DNA from: the human T2T-CHM13v2.0 reference genome, Homo sapiens
Strand: one strand, 5' to 3'
DNA: 64,000 nt
Assembly (NCBI RefSeq): GCF_009914755.1
Contig: NC_060931.1
In this document: piece by piece, positions 50,865 through 64,000 of the stretch
Position numbering within the stretch: the first letter of the stretch is position 1
How the letters are laid out: each line of letters starts with the position of its first letter
Position numbers and translations under genes: made by a program
Notes under the pieces: model-generated
Databases searched by the model: none
Seen by the model: the letters and a program-made list of their open reading frames with translations, nothing else
Told to the model about the DNA's origin: nothing

Positions 50865-51444
50865 AACAATTTTTAAGGTAAAAATATTCATAAGTAGTTT
50901 TATAGATGAGGAAATTGAATTTAAATAAATTGCAGAAGAGTACAAAGAAGTAAATAATTGATCGAAGTTTCAAACCCAGGTGATTTGCCTTGTGTCTGTA
51001 CTCTTATTATCACCCTCTATTGCTGTTCCTAAATGAAGGCTTCACCTTTCTAAAGGCATTTGTTTCTAATTTCTTTCTTTTTTTTGGTCTGGCTGTGTTT
51101 TAATGCCTAAACACACTTTGATTAGGTTAGTGAGAAACTTTCTGGCATATGATAAATTGTTGATAAGCATTCATAGTTCATACTTGTGTGTCACTTTTCT
51201 TAGTCTCGTGCTTTTTAATAAGTATTTTGATGGAAAGGTGGGTGAGGGCAAATTAGCCAGCTGCCATCCTCATCTGACACTTGTTATCAACATCTCTCTC
51301 TTTTTTGAATTTTTAATTTTAATTTTTGATCAACATATATTAATAATCTAAAAGTATTACAAATAATAATTTGTAAAATTTATACACTGTATATTTTGCT
51401 TCACAATATGTTTTTCATTTATTTATGTTTAATTAAAAAAAAAT

Positions 51445-51561
51445 AGAGACAAGGTCTCATGATGTTGCCCAGGCTGGACTTGAACTCCTGGGCTCAAGTG
51501 ATCCTTCTACCTCAGCCTCTCAAGTAGCTAGAACTACAGGTACATGCCACCACACATGGCT
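51445..51561 (-). mobile_element. FLAM/Alu monomer
   Basis: Single arm. Confidence 0.8.
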
Positions 51562-52089
51562 TTTGCTATATATTTAAATGACAAATCTCGTTGTTTCCGT
51601 TCCTGGCTTTAAAAATCTTTAGGGTTCTCCATTACTTGCCAAATGAATTCTAACAGCTGGAGCAGGGCATGTTTGGCCTATCACGTATGTCTCAAACCTT
51701 TGCTTCCAGTCTTCTCTCTGACACCACTCTCTTTGCTCCAGTCAAATTGAACTCTTCACCAAGTACATTCCCAAGTACATTCTGTTCTTTCTGTCTTCTG
51801 CTTTTTCATGTATGCTTTTCTTTCTTCTTCGGATGTCTTTTGGTCACCCAACAAACTTCTGTTCTTCATTCAAAGCTCTATTAATAGAGGCGTTTCTAGC
51901 CTCCCTAGCCATATTAGAGTGGTTGCTCCTCTCACACTGATAACATGTCCCTCTCTCAGCACCTGTATCATATTGTACTTACATGTTTAACTTGACCACA
52001 AGTTTAGTGTGATTGATATTTACACTGCCTATCATAAAGTAAAAGCTCATTAATAAATTTTTTAATTAATAAAATAAAAAATACATGCA

Positions 52090-52279
52090 ATAAATAGAAA
52101 GCATAGCTGGTGAAAGAAGGTAGAAAAAAGAAACAACAGGCATACAGATTGGAAAGCAAGAATAAAACATCCTCTATTCACAGACAACATAATTATCTAC
52201 ATTGAAAATTCCAAGAAATCTATACAAAAGCTACTAGAATGAATAAATGAGTTCAGCAAGGTCACAGGATACGTAAAAA

Positions 52280-52314
<35 letters not shown>

Positions 52315-53990
52315 TTATTTTTTTTCTATTCTACCAGTGAATGAGTTTTTATGTTTTTTTATTTTCCATATTTTGTGGTGCCTTGACATCTTAGGGACTT
52401 TGCAGGCTTGGAAGAAACTGCCCCTCCCAGGGCTAGCTAATTCCTAGAGATGGCAAACAACTTGTCTGAGAGCCCACCATTCATATGTAAACCAACCAAT
52501 CCAGAGTCCATGCCCACAACCACCTCCTTTGTCCAACTCACATAGCAAACCAATTTCCCTTGCCCTAAGTCTCCCCAGGGACAAGTACAGGACAACTAGA
52601 GACTACCTCTGTAGCCCACAGCCACTGAAATTATTGGAACTATCAAATCCTAGACTTGCTCAAACTGGCCTGCCCTGCCTGGCCATTCCGTACCACAGCA
52701 TACAAAATAGAGGCTCTGAGCCATGCTCTCCCAGGCTTCTGCCTCCTGATTGACCCAGGAGCTCCCCCTGTGGCCCTGCGCGGTATGCCATGCCTCCTGT
52801 TTCTAGGGTTCTGTGAGTATAAACTTCTCCCTTCATGAGAAGCATTTCCATGTCTGTATGTCTGCATGTGCATACTTAATTAAAACAAATCCCAGGTACA
52901 CTTTAATACAAAGTGAAATTCAAAATTAAAATCAATACCTTTTACAATAGTACCAAAAAAATGAAACTCTTAGAATCTACATGGAAACTCTTAGAATCTG
53001 TGTAGAATTTGCATACTGAAAACTTCAACTACTGATGAAATAAATCAAAGGAAACCTAAACAAATGCAGAGAAATGCTAAGTTTGTGGGTTGAAAGGTAT
53101 TCAGAAATTGGAAGATTGTTAAAATGTCAGTTCTTCTGATATTCATCTATAAATTTAACACAACTGCAATCAAAATCCCAGTGGGAATTTTTTTGTAGAT
53201 ATTGACAACCATTTCTAAATTCATATAAAAAGGCAAAGAAATGAAAATAGCCAAAATAATGTTTAAAAAGGACAGAATTGGAGGGTTCACACTACCTGAT
53301 TTTAAGGCAGTATACATCTACAAAATAGTGTACTATTTGTAAAACAATAGAAAGACAGATCAGAGGCACAAAACAGAGAATATAGAAAGAGACCCCTACA
53401 AATCTAACCAAGCGATTATTGAAAAGTTGCGAAAGCGATTCAATCAAGAAAGGATCGTCTTTTCAATAAGTGGTGCTAGAAGAATTGGACATCCCATGTG
53501 CAAAAACAAGCCAACAAATAAAAAAGTCACCATCCATAGCTCACACCTAAAAAATAATAAGAATTCAAAATGAACCAAATACTTAAGTGTAAAATGTAAA
53601 ATCTTGAAACTTATCAGCAAAACACAACTCTTTGTAACCTTGGTTAGTCAAAAGAGTTCTTAGATATACCAAAAGCATGATCTCTGAAAGAAAAAGTTGA
53701 TACATTGAACTCCATCAACTTTAAAGACATTTACTCTGTGACAGAAACTACTAAGAGAATGAAAAGACAAGCCACACATGGGGAGGAAATATTCAGAAAA
53801 CTTATCTGACAAAGACATTGTATCTAGAATACAGAAAGAACTCTCAAAAATGAACAATATAAAAGCAAACAACCCACTTAAAAATGAGCAAAAATTTTGA
53901 GCACTTTACTACAAATGATAGACGGATGGAAGAGAAGCACAAAAGTAGATGCTCACCATCATTAGTCATTAGGAAAGTCCAAATGACAAT
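52090..53990 (+). mobile_element. Old L1M ORF2 fragment interrupted by an LTR
   Basis: CTCTATTCACAGACAACAT...CACCATCATTAGTCATTAGG L1 ORF2-like sequence. Confidence 0.75.
52342..52910 (+). mobile_element. ERVL-class LTR (MER74-like)
   Basis: CTGCCCCTCCCAGGGCTAGCTAATTCCTAGAGATGGCAAAC...TTTAATACA. Confidence 0.7.
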
Positions 53991-54689
53991 CTTGTATTAT
54001 TGGCTACAATTTGCTCCTGTGCAGAGACTATGTGAGATAGCTTCAACAGCTCGGTCTTTTTCCTCCCCTAGTTATAGTGCGTTCACTTCCGACATTATGT
54101 TGAAGGCCTATCCCCAAAGATAAAGCCCCGGATTGGTTCAAGTTATCGTTTTCTCAGCATTGTAGGGACCATTTGTGAATGGTGCTCTGTTTGCTAATCT
54201 TTATCTGCATGTGGCCTGAGATGAGCAGGTGAGCAGGCATGTCACCCCCTCCCTGGGTCCTCCTGGGCCTCGAGTTACAAAAGGTGGAAGATTCTGTTGC
54301 ATGGGCATTATGATAATACAGGTGTTTGTATATGCATCTCAAAACCTTCAACATTCACTTTACGCCATTATATAAGGTTAGTATTAGGAGGGACGCACTG
54401 GGACTGTGACTTATTATTTATAACAGTATTTTGAGTACATTAGAAACTTAATAAATATGACTACTAGGATGGCTTTAAGATTCATGCCATGTCTTTTCCT
54501 TTCTCCACCAAATACTCTTCTCTTTAAGGTTAGGGCAGCTAACATCTGTAAACTCCAGATTCAAGGTCTTCTGCTTGAAACAAGACTTAAGGAAATTACA
54601 GAACTAACATAGCCTTTTTGCTTTCTTCTGTAAAATAGGATCATGCTACCCAGACTACAGGGGGACTGTTAGGAATAACAAACAAAACA

Positions 54690-55077
<388 letters not shown>

Positions 55078-56269
55078 CTACTCAGGATGTGAAACTTTGT
55101 GTACTGCTATTTTAATATCTTTTGTCTTCAGTATAAAAAAAGCAACTCCTCAGGGGAGGATAAAGCACACCACAAGGATTGCTACATCAATAACCTCTAT
55201 GAGAGATGTGGACTTGTCAAGTCATCTCCATGATGGATAGAACAGAGAGCAAACATCTCTGAGCCAAGTTGATGCTGATTCACTGAAAATAATGAGGTGA
55301 ACATCCTGGCAATTAGTTGAGGTAAAAAAATTATCCTTTATTGTGGTTTGGTGACATTGTGCTAATTTAGAAACCATGGATGCTGGTTTATGTGAAAGTT
55401 TTTGTTTTCTTTCAAGTCTCTGGTTGGAAACATCACATGGTTGGTTGCTGTTGCTGTTTACTGCCACAGCCTGTTCAAGTCTATTCTCGGAGAGTTTTCT
55501 TCATATAGGAGTTGGTACTAATCCAAGTGTAAAATCCGGAGAAATGTGTGCACAGCTTTCTGTGTGGATTCTTAGCTAAGGTTTGAAAAGTGGTCTGCTT
55601 TGAGCTCATCTGACCAGAAGATCTGACTGCTGTCAGGCAAAGAAAAGGGTCTGTCAGGAAAGGACTGGGCACCCCAAGTGGAATACGGAAAGAGAAGGGC
55701 TGTGCCTCCTTGCAGAAAAGAGCACAGCTGGTGAAGCTGCCTTCACATCGTCCAAAGTTTCCAGTTCTGGAAAGTTCCAGTTGTAAGAGTGAAATCAATG
55801 CCAAGAGGCAGGTCAGTGGAATGAGAGGCACTGAGAAACTAGCCACTGTGGGTGGAAGGGGAAGGAGATTTGGTTTTGACAAGTCCGTACTCAGGTCTTC
55901 AGTAAGGAGTTCTGAAGTCAGGGTGAAGCCTTTGTTTATTCTAGAGGAGGCGGAGTTTGGGGTCTGGGAAAGAAGATAACTTCTCAGAAAGTGAAAAAAA
56001 GCTCATGTAGAGGATGCTGGGCAAAATAATGGGAAGGAATAAATCAGCATTGTAGAGAATGTGGTTGGATCATAAAATCCCAGGCTATAGAGATTATGTG
56101 CTCAAAGCCTCTGCATTTTATGTGAACACACACAAACCAAATGTCGACCAGATGCACAAAAATGTGCATACATGGAGCAGCCAACCACCAATAGTAACCA
56201 GCATTTCACTTCTCTTTGCATCTCAGTTGGCTGTACCTGGAAGGGTCTAGACTTTGCCTCCTTCTCGTT

Positions 56270-56452
56270 CTAGCATTCTGACACTGTGTGCAGTGTAATA
56301 GAAAACCCGGTTTGGGAGCTAGGTTTGCCCAACAATAGATATTCTGGGGTGATTTTCATCCTTTGCATTTGTCATTACGATGTTTTGTGTGCTTGTGCAA
56401 ATACAGGACGGTTCCTGAAATGTGTCTCTGAGCGTTCTTAACTGTGTGTAAG
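56270..56452 (+). other. Candidate alternative first exon
   Basis: Consensus donor AAG|GTAAGC at 56452/56453 just upstream of the CpG island; 5' end unknown. Confidence 0.5.
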
Positions 56453-56599
56453 GTAAGCGAGGAAAGTGTCTAAGACAGAGGCCAAGAACACCTGTCACAG
56501 GGTACCCGCCTAGAGTGTCTGTACCGCATCCTTTCTGCTACACTGTTTGCACACACACAAAAGGGCCGAGGAGCCAGGGTTGGTGTTGGATATGCCCAG

Positions 56600-58200
56600 T
56601 ACGCGTGCTGGGTGTTGGAAGGATGGGGCCGGCGGTAACAAGAATCGATATATATTTACCGCGGGGGCGGGGGTGGGGGTGCGCGGAGGCTGCAGGGCGG
56701 GGCAGCGCTAATGAGAGCAAGCCCGGCTTGTGGTTGGTTCTGGAGTCTGGTACCCACAGAGGAGCAGGCAGGGAGGGAGGGGATGCAAGCGGGAGGATAA
56801 AGCGATGAAGTGTGCTGCGTTACCGCGCATCAGGCGCTGTTGTTGGAGCCGGAACACCGTGCGACTCTGACCGAACCGGCCCCCTCCTCGCGCACACACT
56901 CGCCGAGCCGCGCGCGCCCCTCCGCCGTGACAGTGGCCGTGGCCTCCGCTCTCTCGGGGCACCCGGCAGCCAGAGCGCAGCGAGAGCGGGCGGTCGCCAG
57001 GGTCTCCTCCCCAGCCAGTCCCAGGCGCCCGGTGCACTATGCGGGGCACGTGCGCCCCCCAGCTCTAATCTGCGCGCTGACAGGAGCATGATCTGTGCCC
57101 AGGCCAGGGCTGCCAAGGTAAGCGGGCGTAGCGCGGGGACACTGTCTGCCGCCCCTTCCCCCCCGCCCTTCTCTGGGCGGCTTCCCCGCCGCACGCGAGG
57201 CCCCGGCAGCGCCCTCCCTTCCCGGGGCCGAGATCCACCCTCCTCCCCACCCTCTCGCTTCTCCCGCGAGGTTCAATTGTCAGCCTGGGTCGCGCCGCCG
57301 CCCGGTCCGGGCCGGCATCCCCGGGTGGCGACCCCGGCTTGGGTACTGCAGGCGCACCCGGCCCTCCTGCGGGGTACGGAGAGAAACAAAGAAGCCCCCA
57401 AGCGGGTTCGCAGCGCCTCCCCCGCCCCTCAGCGCCCTCCCAGTGGCGAGGAGGTGTCAGGGGAGGGGGCGGAGAGACCTACGTAATCCCCCTTCCCAGC
57501 CCACACCCACCCCTTGTGAACCAAAGCTCTGGATTTGCGCTTCGCCTTGGGCTCGCTTTTGAACAATTGTGTCCCATGCAATGCCCGTGGTTAGCCCAGA
57601 GAGCGCCCAGAGCCTCCGCACGGGCTCGCCGGTGCTCGCTCGAGGGGCGCGTGGCCAGGTCCGGCCCTTGCTCCCATGGACGGGTGCAGGAGGGGAGGAG
57701 GCGCTGTGTGGGTGCTCCCCCAGCGCCTCCCTGTTACCGGCCGGCTGCGCCGCTCAGCCGGGCCTGCCACCTGAGTTTTAGCGGGAGCAGTCATGTCGCC
57801 TACCGTATTGCGACTTGCAGACAGGCAGGGAGGGAGCTGCCGGGGCGGGGAGCGGGGGGGGAATGCGTCCGGTCCATTTTTGGCTGGAGGTGCGCTTCCT
57901 GCTACCCCCACGTTCCCGGGCGGTGACAATGCAGCAAAATCCGAGGGCTCAAACAATGTGGCCCCTCCATCCCCGGCTCCAGGGCATTCTGATTGCTCTG
58001 CCGCTTTGACGTCCCGGCCACTTGGCTGATTTTCAGAGCCATGATGCGCGGTGTCTCTGTCTTGCACACAGAGGCTGGGCACCATAACTTCTTCCCTGCC
58101 GAATTTCAGCGCGTAGGGGGAGCTGGCAGGGACACAGGCTGCAGAGATGCCCGGCTTCCTGTGGTTCCGGGCACAGCGCGCCTCAGTCTGCATTGGGCTG
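56600..58200. promoter_or_regulatory. CpG island promoter
   Basis: Sharp rise in GC and CpG content; GC boxes GGGCGG near 56665 and 56695; GATAAA at 56796-56801. Confidence 0.92.
56801..57117 (+). other. SPATS2L: First exon (probably 5'UTR) of a + strand gene; intron 1 runs past the window end
   Basis: Strong donor AAG|GTAAGC at 57117/57118 inside the CpG island; start approximate. The exon is well supported, but the gene name is a tentative recollection (clustered alternative first exons, gene-poor upstream), not verifiable here. Confidence 0.5.
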
Positions 58201-61200
58201 ACACCAGAGAGCATGTGGGGATTTTCCTAGTTGCCGAAGAAGATATTATTTGACGTTGCTGTAGTTTTGTGCTTACTTCTCTTGGAATCTGCAGTGGTGC
58301 AATTCTCCCCTTGTTTTCCCCCCTTCTCTTTGAAAAGATATCAATGCTATGTTCAGCAGAAACGGATACAGCAAGAGCAGCATAGTTCAAAAATTGAGGG
58401 AGGCATCTTCTCTCTTTTCCTGGGATTTAAACGCGATTTAGGAGGGCAGATGCCCTACCCGAAAAGGCCAACCGTTAAAGACCCCGGCAGTGTTGTGGTC
58501 CAAGGCGTCTCAAAGCAGGTGGCCAGATCTGCGTTTCTCATCAGCAGACTCACTCCGGCTGTGGCTATTACGGTAATTCATTCTAGATTGGGGATTCATT
58601 TAAAAATGTGTGTTTTCCACTAAGAAGGGATTAGAGTCCACATGCCCACCCTGGTATGAATGTGTGTGCCTGTTTGGTAGAGAGATAGATTGTGGTAGAA
58701 TTCCCTGTTGGTAGAATTCCCTGTTGCCTGTTCCCTCCGCTTGCTGCTTCCTCTGGAATGTGGCATTGGAAAAACAAAGCACTATTTTAATTCCTAGACC
58801 TCCAGGCAAATTGGCCGTTCTAGTGTTTTATTTAATAATCCACGTTCTGACTAATTCCACACTATAATCCCAGTCTAGTGCAGTTGGCTGCTTTGTGGAA
58901 TGACAGTTCTCTTTTTTTTTGGAGTAGTTTTTTCATGAAGGCAAATTGCCTAAGTTTGTTTAGATTGTGACATTATTGACTTGATAGGGAGGTCACATCC
59001 AGAGCTGGAACAGCCCATCAATGTATCAATACAGAGGGACTGCAGCTCTGTTATTTGTGTATATAGCATCATTTGACTTGATTCCTTTTACACTCTGGCT
59101 TTTAAAGATGGATGTATTACAAGATCACTTTGAGCTTTACCTTCTATTATGCTTCCATCTGATATGATTGTTAACAAAAGAAATATTAAAAGGCCAGATG
59201 TGATATGGAAAGACAAGCCTGAGTCTCATTCCTCATGGTAAAGGAAGTTGGACTGGCTGGTTTCTATCGTTCTTTCTAGTTCCAGCATTCTGTGGTAACT
59301 GACAGAGGAGTAAGAAAAGTTACCCAGTGTTGGAAAGGCAAATAATTATAACGTGAACCATGCAAGCAAACCAAGGATTGACTGTAGAATCTGCGGCTTA
59401 TTTTTATACCTTGCAGCTTTTAAAACCCAAGCGTCTGCATTTTCCCCATAAGTGAAATTACTCACCAACTCAAACAGGTCTTTTTTTTTTTTTTTTTGTC
59501 CACTATAGCAAAACATTTGGTGGAGGGTTGGGGAAAAGAGAAGAAGATTGAATTAATTGGATAACAGGTGTTCTCCTTTTGTGGAGTTATTCATTCCAAC
59601 CCCATCTTAGATAATTGAGAATTCACTTTTTCCAATCATTGGTTTTTGTTTGTTTCTAATGAGACACTCTAGATAGCTGTTTCATCCTATGCAGTAATTG
59701 ACAATGGCATGAGACTTACTTTCTCTGATGTAATTTGGTGTTGCTCTCAAAACTTGCTAGCGCTGTTGCTTGTCACAAAAATGGGTGAAGCAATGATTGG
59801 TCTAAATAGGCAGGCAGGCAGTGTTTTCATGCGCTATGGTAATTTTTATAATTTAGGTATAGTCAAGGTATTTGTTGATTCATGCTTAGCCACACAATTT
59901 TCCGTAGTTGTGCACTCATTTGTTTTAAGTTACAATCAAAATAATATCCTGAAATTACAGTCCCTGCAAGGCATAATTAACCACTTCTTCTCCTGTTTTC
60001 CCATAGCCTTTTTGTTCATAGAGCTAAGATAGCACTTACAATATTGCAGTTATCTGAGTTGTAAATGTGCCACAGTCTCCTTATCTTAAATATGGGATGA
60101 GCTTCTTCAGAACAAGGACATGTTTATATTCATCTCTCCAGCACCTAGCAGTTTGCCTGGTACATCATGTGTTCTCAGAAATGTTTATTGAGTGGATTTC
60201 AGGTCATAAAAATGCCCTCTAATTGTATAGGCAGGAGGTAGGTAGGAATCCTTCACTTTGTGAGTCAGCTGGGGGAATCAGAGAGGTTATGTAAGATGCT
60301 TAAGGGGGAACCGAGAGCCAGGACTCAAATCCAGGCCTTCCACCACCCACCCTCAGTAAACAAAAAAACACGTAGAGAATGAGTTCAAATGCTGTAGGTT
60401 TTGGTTATTTATTTTTTTCCTTGAATGATCTGGATTATCCATTTTGACAAAATTTATCTGATAACTGCTCTGTTCTGTCTTGCTCTGGCCTTAGAAGGAA
60501 ACATGGCCCAAGCACTTTAACCTCTAATCCACACTTAAACAGAAGACGTGAGCACCCTTCTGCCCACTTTCTCTCTAAGTCCTGGTTCTATCAACCAGAG
60601 CTTGCTAGGATGATGGACACGTCTAGGGAATGTCTACTCATTATTTGCTCAAGCAACATTGAACCACTGTAAGTGCTTCTGAAATGACCTACAGTTAGAC
60701 CAGAGACAACCATCCTTCCTGGGCCAGCCAAGCTTGACTGAGTCTCCCAATGGCAGGTTTCTAGACTAACAGGTGTGACTTACAGACATCAAGACACCTG
60801 CTTCTCTCCCATTTACCTGCTTCCTTTTCCATCCTAAAAAACAGGACAAGCTACATTAGGAAACCAGGAAGTTGCAATACCCACATGTCCTCTCTGTAAA
60901 ACAGCCGTTGGCACATTTGATGTTCACGGACTTTTAGAGAAAACAGTATGAAATGCTCTGTGGGGTTTTCTTCAGGTCACTTTTCCTCTTTGAGGGTTAG
61001 TTTCTTCTTCTTTAAGAGTAGAAAGTTGAATCAAGTAATCCCAAAGGTCACTTCTAACATCACCATTCTGTGATTATTTTTGTTGGTTTATTCAGTTGAG
61101 CAAGTTGAAAGGAGAAAAAGATTAGAAATAATTTAATTTGGCAATATGTAGAGAAGAAATAATTAAGGCTACATGGTGCAGCCTGTGGTTATCTGATAAC

Positions 61201-63379
61201 TACTTTGAGCCTTCTGTTAAAACTATTCTTTATACATTTCTATAATCCTTTCTTATTTGTAAAACTAAATTTACTATATTAAGGGGAAAGATTTGTGGCA
61301 TTTCTTGTTCCCAGTGAGGAATGCAGTGGTGGAAAAAGTATGCAATCTCCAAAATGTACAAAGTGTTTAGAATTTGGGGGTTTAATAGCCAAGGTTCCAA
61401 GCATTTTTATTCTCACCACTGAGTATGTTTCACAGCTGAATAACTCTTATGGTCAAAGTGTTCCCTGCAATTCATCCAACAAATTCCCCTTTCAGTTTCT
61501 CTCTGGTTCCTCATTTTGCTCTTTTTTTCCACTTCTTTAGCTCCACTCAACTTCCTATAACATCCCCCACATACATAAGCCATATGCCAGTAGTACACTG
61601 CCACCCCCCACCCGCCCCACCAAAGGCAGGAGTCAGAGCTTCACAACCTCCTTACTCAGCTCAATCTTTTCTACTTTCTGAGGTTTATTCATTACCATTG
61701 CTTTTCCAAGTTAAGACACAATGAGATATAGAAGCAGGTCGAATCTTTTAACGATATTGTTTATCGTTTACGTCTTTTTCTCACAGACTTTCTGACCACC
61801 ATTTGGAACCTCAATGCCATGCATTTAGGTGTCTTAAAGCCTCTTTAAATATTTTAGGAAGCAAAGCAGCATATTAGCAATTTTATGTATCCCATCCCAC
61901 AGTGTTTGGATGTGTGGGTATTGGTAAGTAGTTGTACTGTTCTGTGACATGGGCACTGAAAGGAGAATGATAATAATGCAATTACTTACTGGCAACATAT
62001 GACAAAGATCACTAAGCTCCTAGGTCATCTGGATTCCCATAGCAACAAGTGGTATACACTGTTTGCATTATTTGTTCAGAACTGATACTTTTCCTGATTT
62101 ATTGGTCTGAAGCTTGATGCATATGGAGGCCTGAAAAATAAGGATGTGGCATACAGACAGGCTCTCCTGGTGTTATCAGGCATCTATGCATGTGATATGC
62201 AGGGAGAATTTGGTGGATGGAACTTAAGCCGGTACCAGGGGGGCGGGGGAAGAGTTGGGAAAGGACGCCATCTGTGCCCATGATGACAAATGCCATCATG
62301 GAGACTTCATTCGGGGTCCCTTTTATATATTTAGTGAAGCAGATTTTCCATTTCACACTTTCTAGATATATTTGTATTGCACAGATGTCAGGGAAATATC
62401 ATGTGTGTGAAAGAAAAAAAAAAGATCAAAATTCACATCCATGGCCAGGGATTGTAATTCAATCATTTTGTCCTGAAATTGACATCCATTTAACGTGCAT
62501 GGATGTTCCCTGCTTTTGCTTTTGCTTTGGGGGTTCAAGTCAGAGCAGTTTGAGAAACATAAATCTCAGCCCTACACATTGTTAAAATTCAGAGATCTAG
62601 GTTAAGGGGGGAAAAGATGGGGAGAATAAAATTAAACATATAAGACCTTGCCATCAGTGCCGTCAGTACCAGAGCTGATGAAATCAATCAGCAAGTGATT
62701 CCTCATCCTCTTTCCTGTAACACACAGATGAGCTGAAGAAACCACAGGACGCAGTCAGTAAGTTTTTATCCTCAAAAGGACTTCTTTTTTTCTTTACCGT
62801 TATTCATAATTCCTTGTGCCATCAAAACTTAAAACTACTTAATGACGTTTTCCCTCTATTTTGAATATAAATTATTTTTGTAGAAATGAGCTTTTTGAAA
62901 TTGGAAAAAAAAATCGTTTTGAGGATTGTTGCCAGCTTTATTTCCCCCTGCCTACCCCCAGCATTGTCCTTGGTGTCCCCTCTACATGACCGGGCATAGG
63001 ACCTGCATATAAAGAGGATGATGATAAGGAAATAATTGGCATACAAATGGTACTGTGATATATGACATTTATAAAACCGCTCCCTGACTCCACATCCCCC
63101 ATGATGGATTTTCTGTTTCTTTTTAAAGAATATGCTTCAAAAAGGTTGTCCCACTGGCCTTCTTCACTCCCTCCATCTCAGCCTCTAAAGACATATTTTA
63201 TTGTGACGTATTTGATTTTGACAAACAGCACATTGAACATATATGAAATATATGAAGCAAAATATGACACACACCCACCATGCAGCCTGAGACCAGAAGA
63301 TCACCATCTTATTTGAAGCTACTTTTGTGTTTCTGCCACCTCTCACCTTTTGCCTGTCTTGAGAGCACCTCGATCAGGT

Positions 63380-64000
63380 ATCAGTCACTCGTTCCTGTCA
63401 CTCCCCTCCCTGTTGTCATTAGGGTCACCAATGATCTCTACCTGGTGAAGTACAAGGGCACAGCTTTGCTGATCTGAGCAGCATTTCCCATGGGGCTGTG
63501 GGGGACCACTCTTTTCTTAAGCACCTGGCTTCTTCCAGGACACCAGATTCTCCTGGTGTTCCCGCAGCCTCTCTGGCTCTTCTCTCTCAGGCTCTTTGGA
63601 TGGCCCCTGAGTTTTTATCCCGATTGATCTCAACTGAATTTTGACCTTTAAATGCGGGTACGGGGATTCCCCAGGCCTTGGCTCTCAGACTTCTTCCCTT
63701 CTTACTTAAATTCCTTCTCTCAACACTGTCTTCATGCTCATGATTCCAAGTTTATTTCGTCAGCCCTGACTCATTCCCAGAACTCCAGACTTGAAAATGC
63801 AACCGCCCAGCATCTCCCTTTGAATGGCACGTTAGCTTAAAATTAACATGTGCAAAATACAACCCCCGATTTTTGCTCCCTAAACGTGCTTCTCTTCTGG
63901 TGTCCTCCATCTCTCTCAGGGACAACTCTGTCCTTTCAGTTGTTCAGGTCAAATACCTGTGAGTCCCTCTGACTTTTTTCTCACCCAGATCCAGCTTTCA
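63380..64000 (+). mobile_element. L2 LINE remnant
   Basis: AGGGTCACCAATGATCTC...GCAGCATTT...CTCAGGGACAACTC...TCAGTTGTTCAGGTCAAA L2-like pyrimidine-rich sequence. Confidence 0.65.

Noticed and set aside
56801-57117. Alternative gene identity PLCE1
   Set aside because: As I recall, the PIPSL retrogene lies about 32-36 kb upstream of the PLCE1 promoter, and no such coding sequence is present at 21-25 kb here
56708-58623. Many long overlapping ORFs (113-224 aa) on both strands
   Set aside because: Expected from stop-codon scarcity in a CpG island; low-complexity Arg/Pro/Gly content; several run through the splice donor
58694-58726. Short tandem duplication GTAGAATTCCCTGTTG x2 (similar cases near 51759 and 52963)
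   Set aside because: Common slippage duplications with no further support for function

Overview
Primate (human or great-ape) genomic DNA; no prokaryotic features. About 1-56 kb is repeat-dense sequence upstream of a CpG-island promoter and first exon of a + strand gene (about 56.6-58.2 kb; exon ends at 57117, AAG|GTAAGC). I tentatively recall this gene as SPATS2L, unverified; the rest of the window is its first intron. Main repeats: a full-length, inactivated L1PA2/PA3 (3270-9310) with intact antisense ORF0 and no visible target-site duplication (TSD); a nested ERV complex at 15.2-22.7 kb (a MER4-type LTR split by a MER61-type provirus that carries two solo LTRs and an L1 fragment); a Y1 RNA pseudogene cut by an MST LTR; MADE1, MER30 and Tigger elements; about 18 Alu/FLAM copies; and old L1M/MLT debris. 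The most novel candidate is a series of minus-strand exon fossils at 14.7, 9.8, 9.5, 2.8, 1.2 and 0.5 kb. Their decayed translations read in CUB, hormone-binding (HRM), GAIN order, suggesting a dead adhesion-GPCR gene. This is an inference from by-eye motif matching and needs HMM/tblastn confirmation. Also notable are a 262-bp intron-start copy with a poly(A)-like tail and a near-perfect 103-nt hairpin at 44.3 kb. Repeat subfamily names come from recall of consensus sequences.
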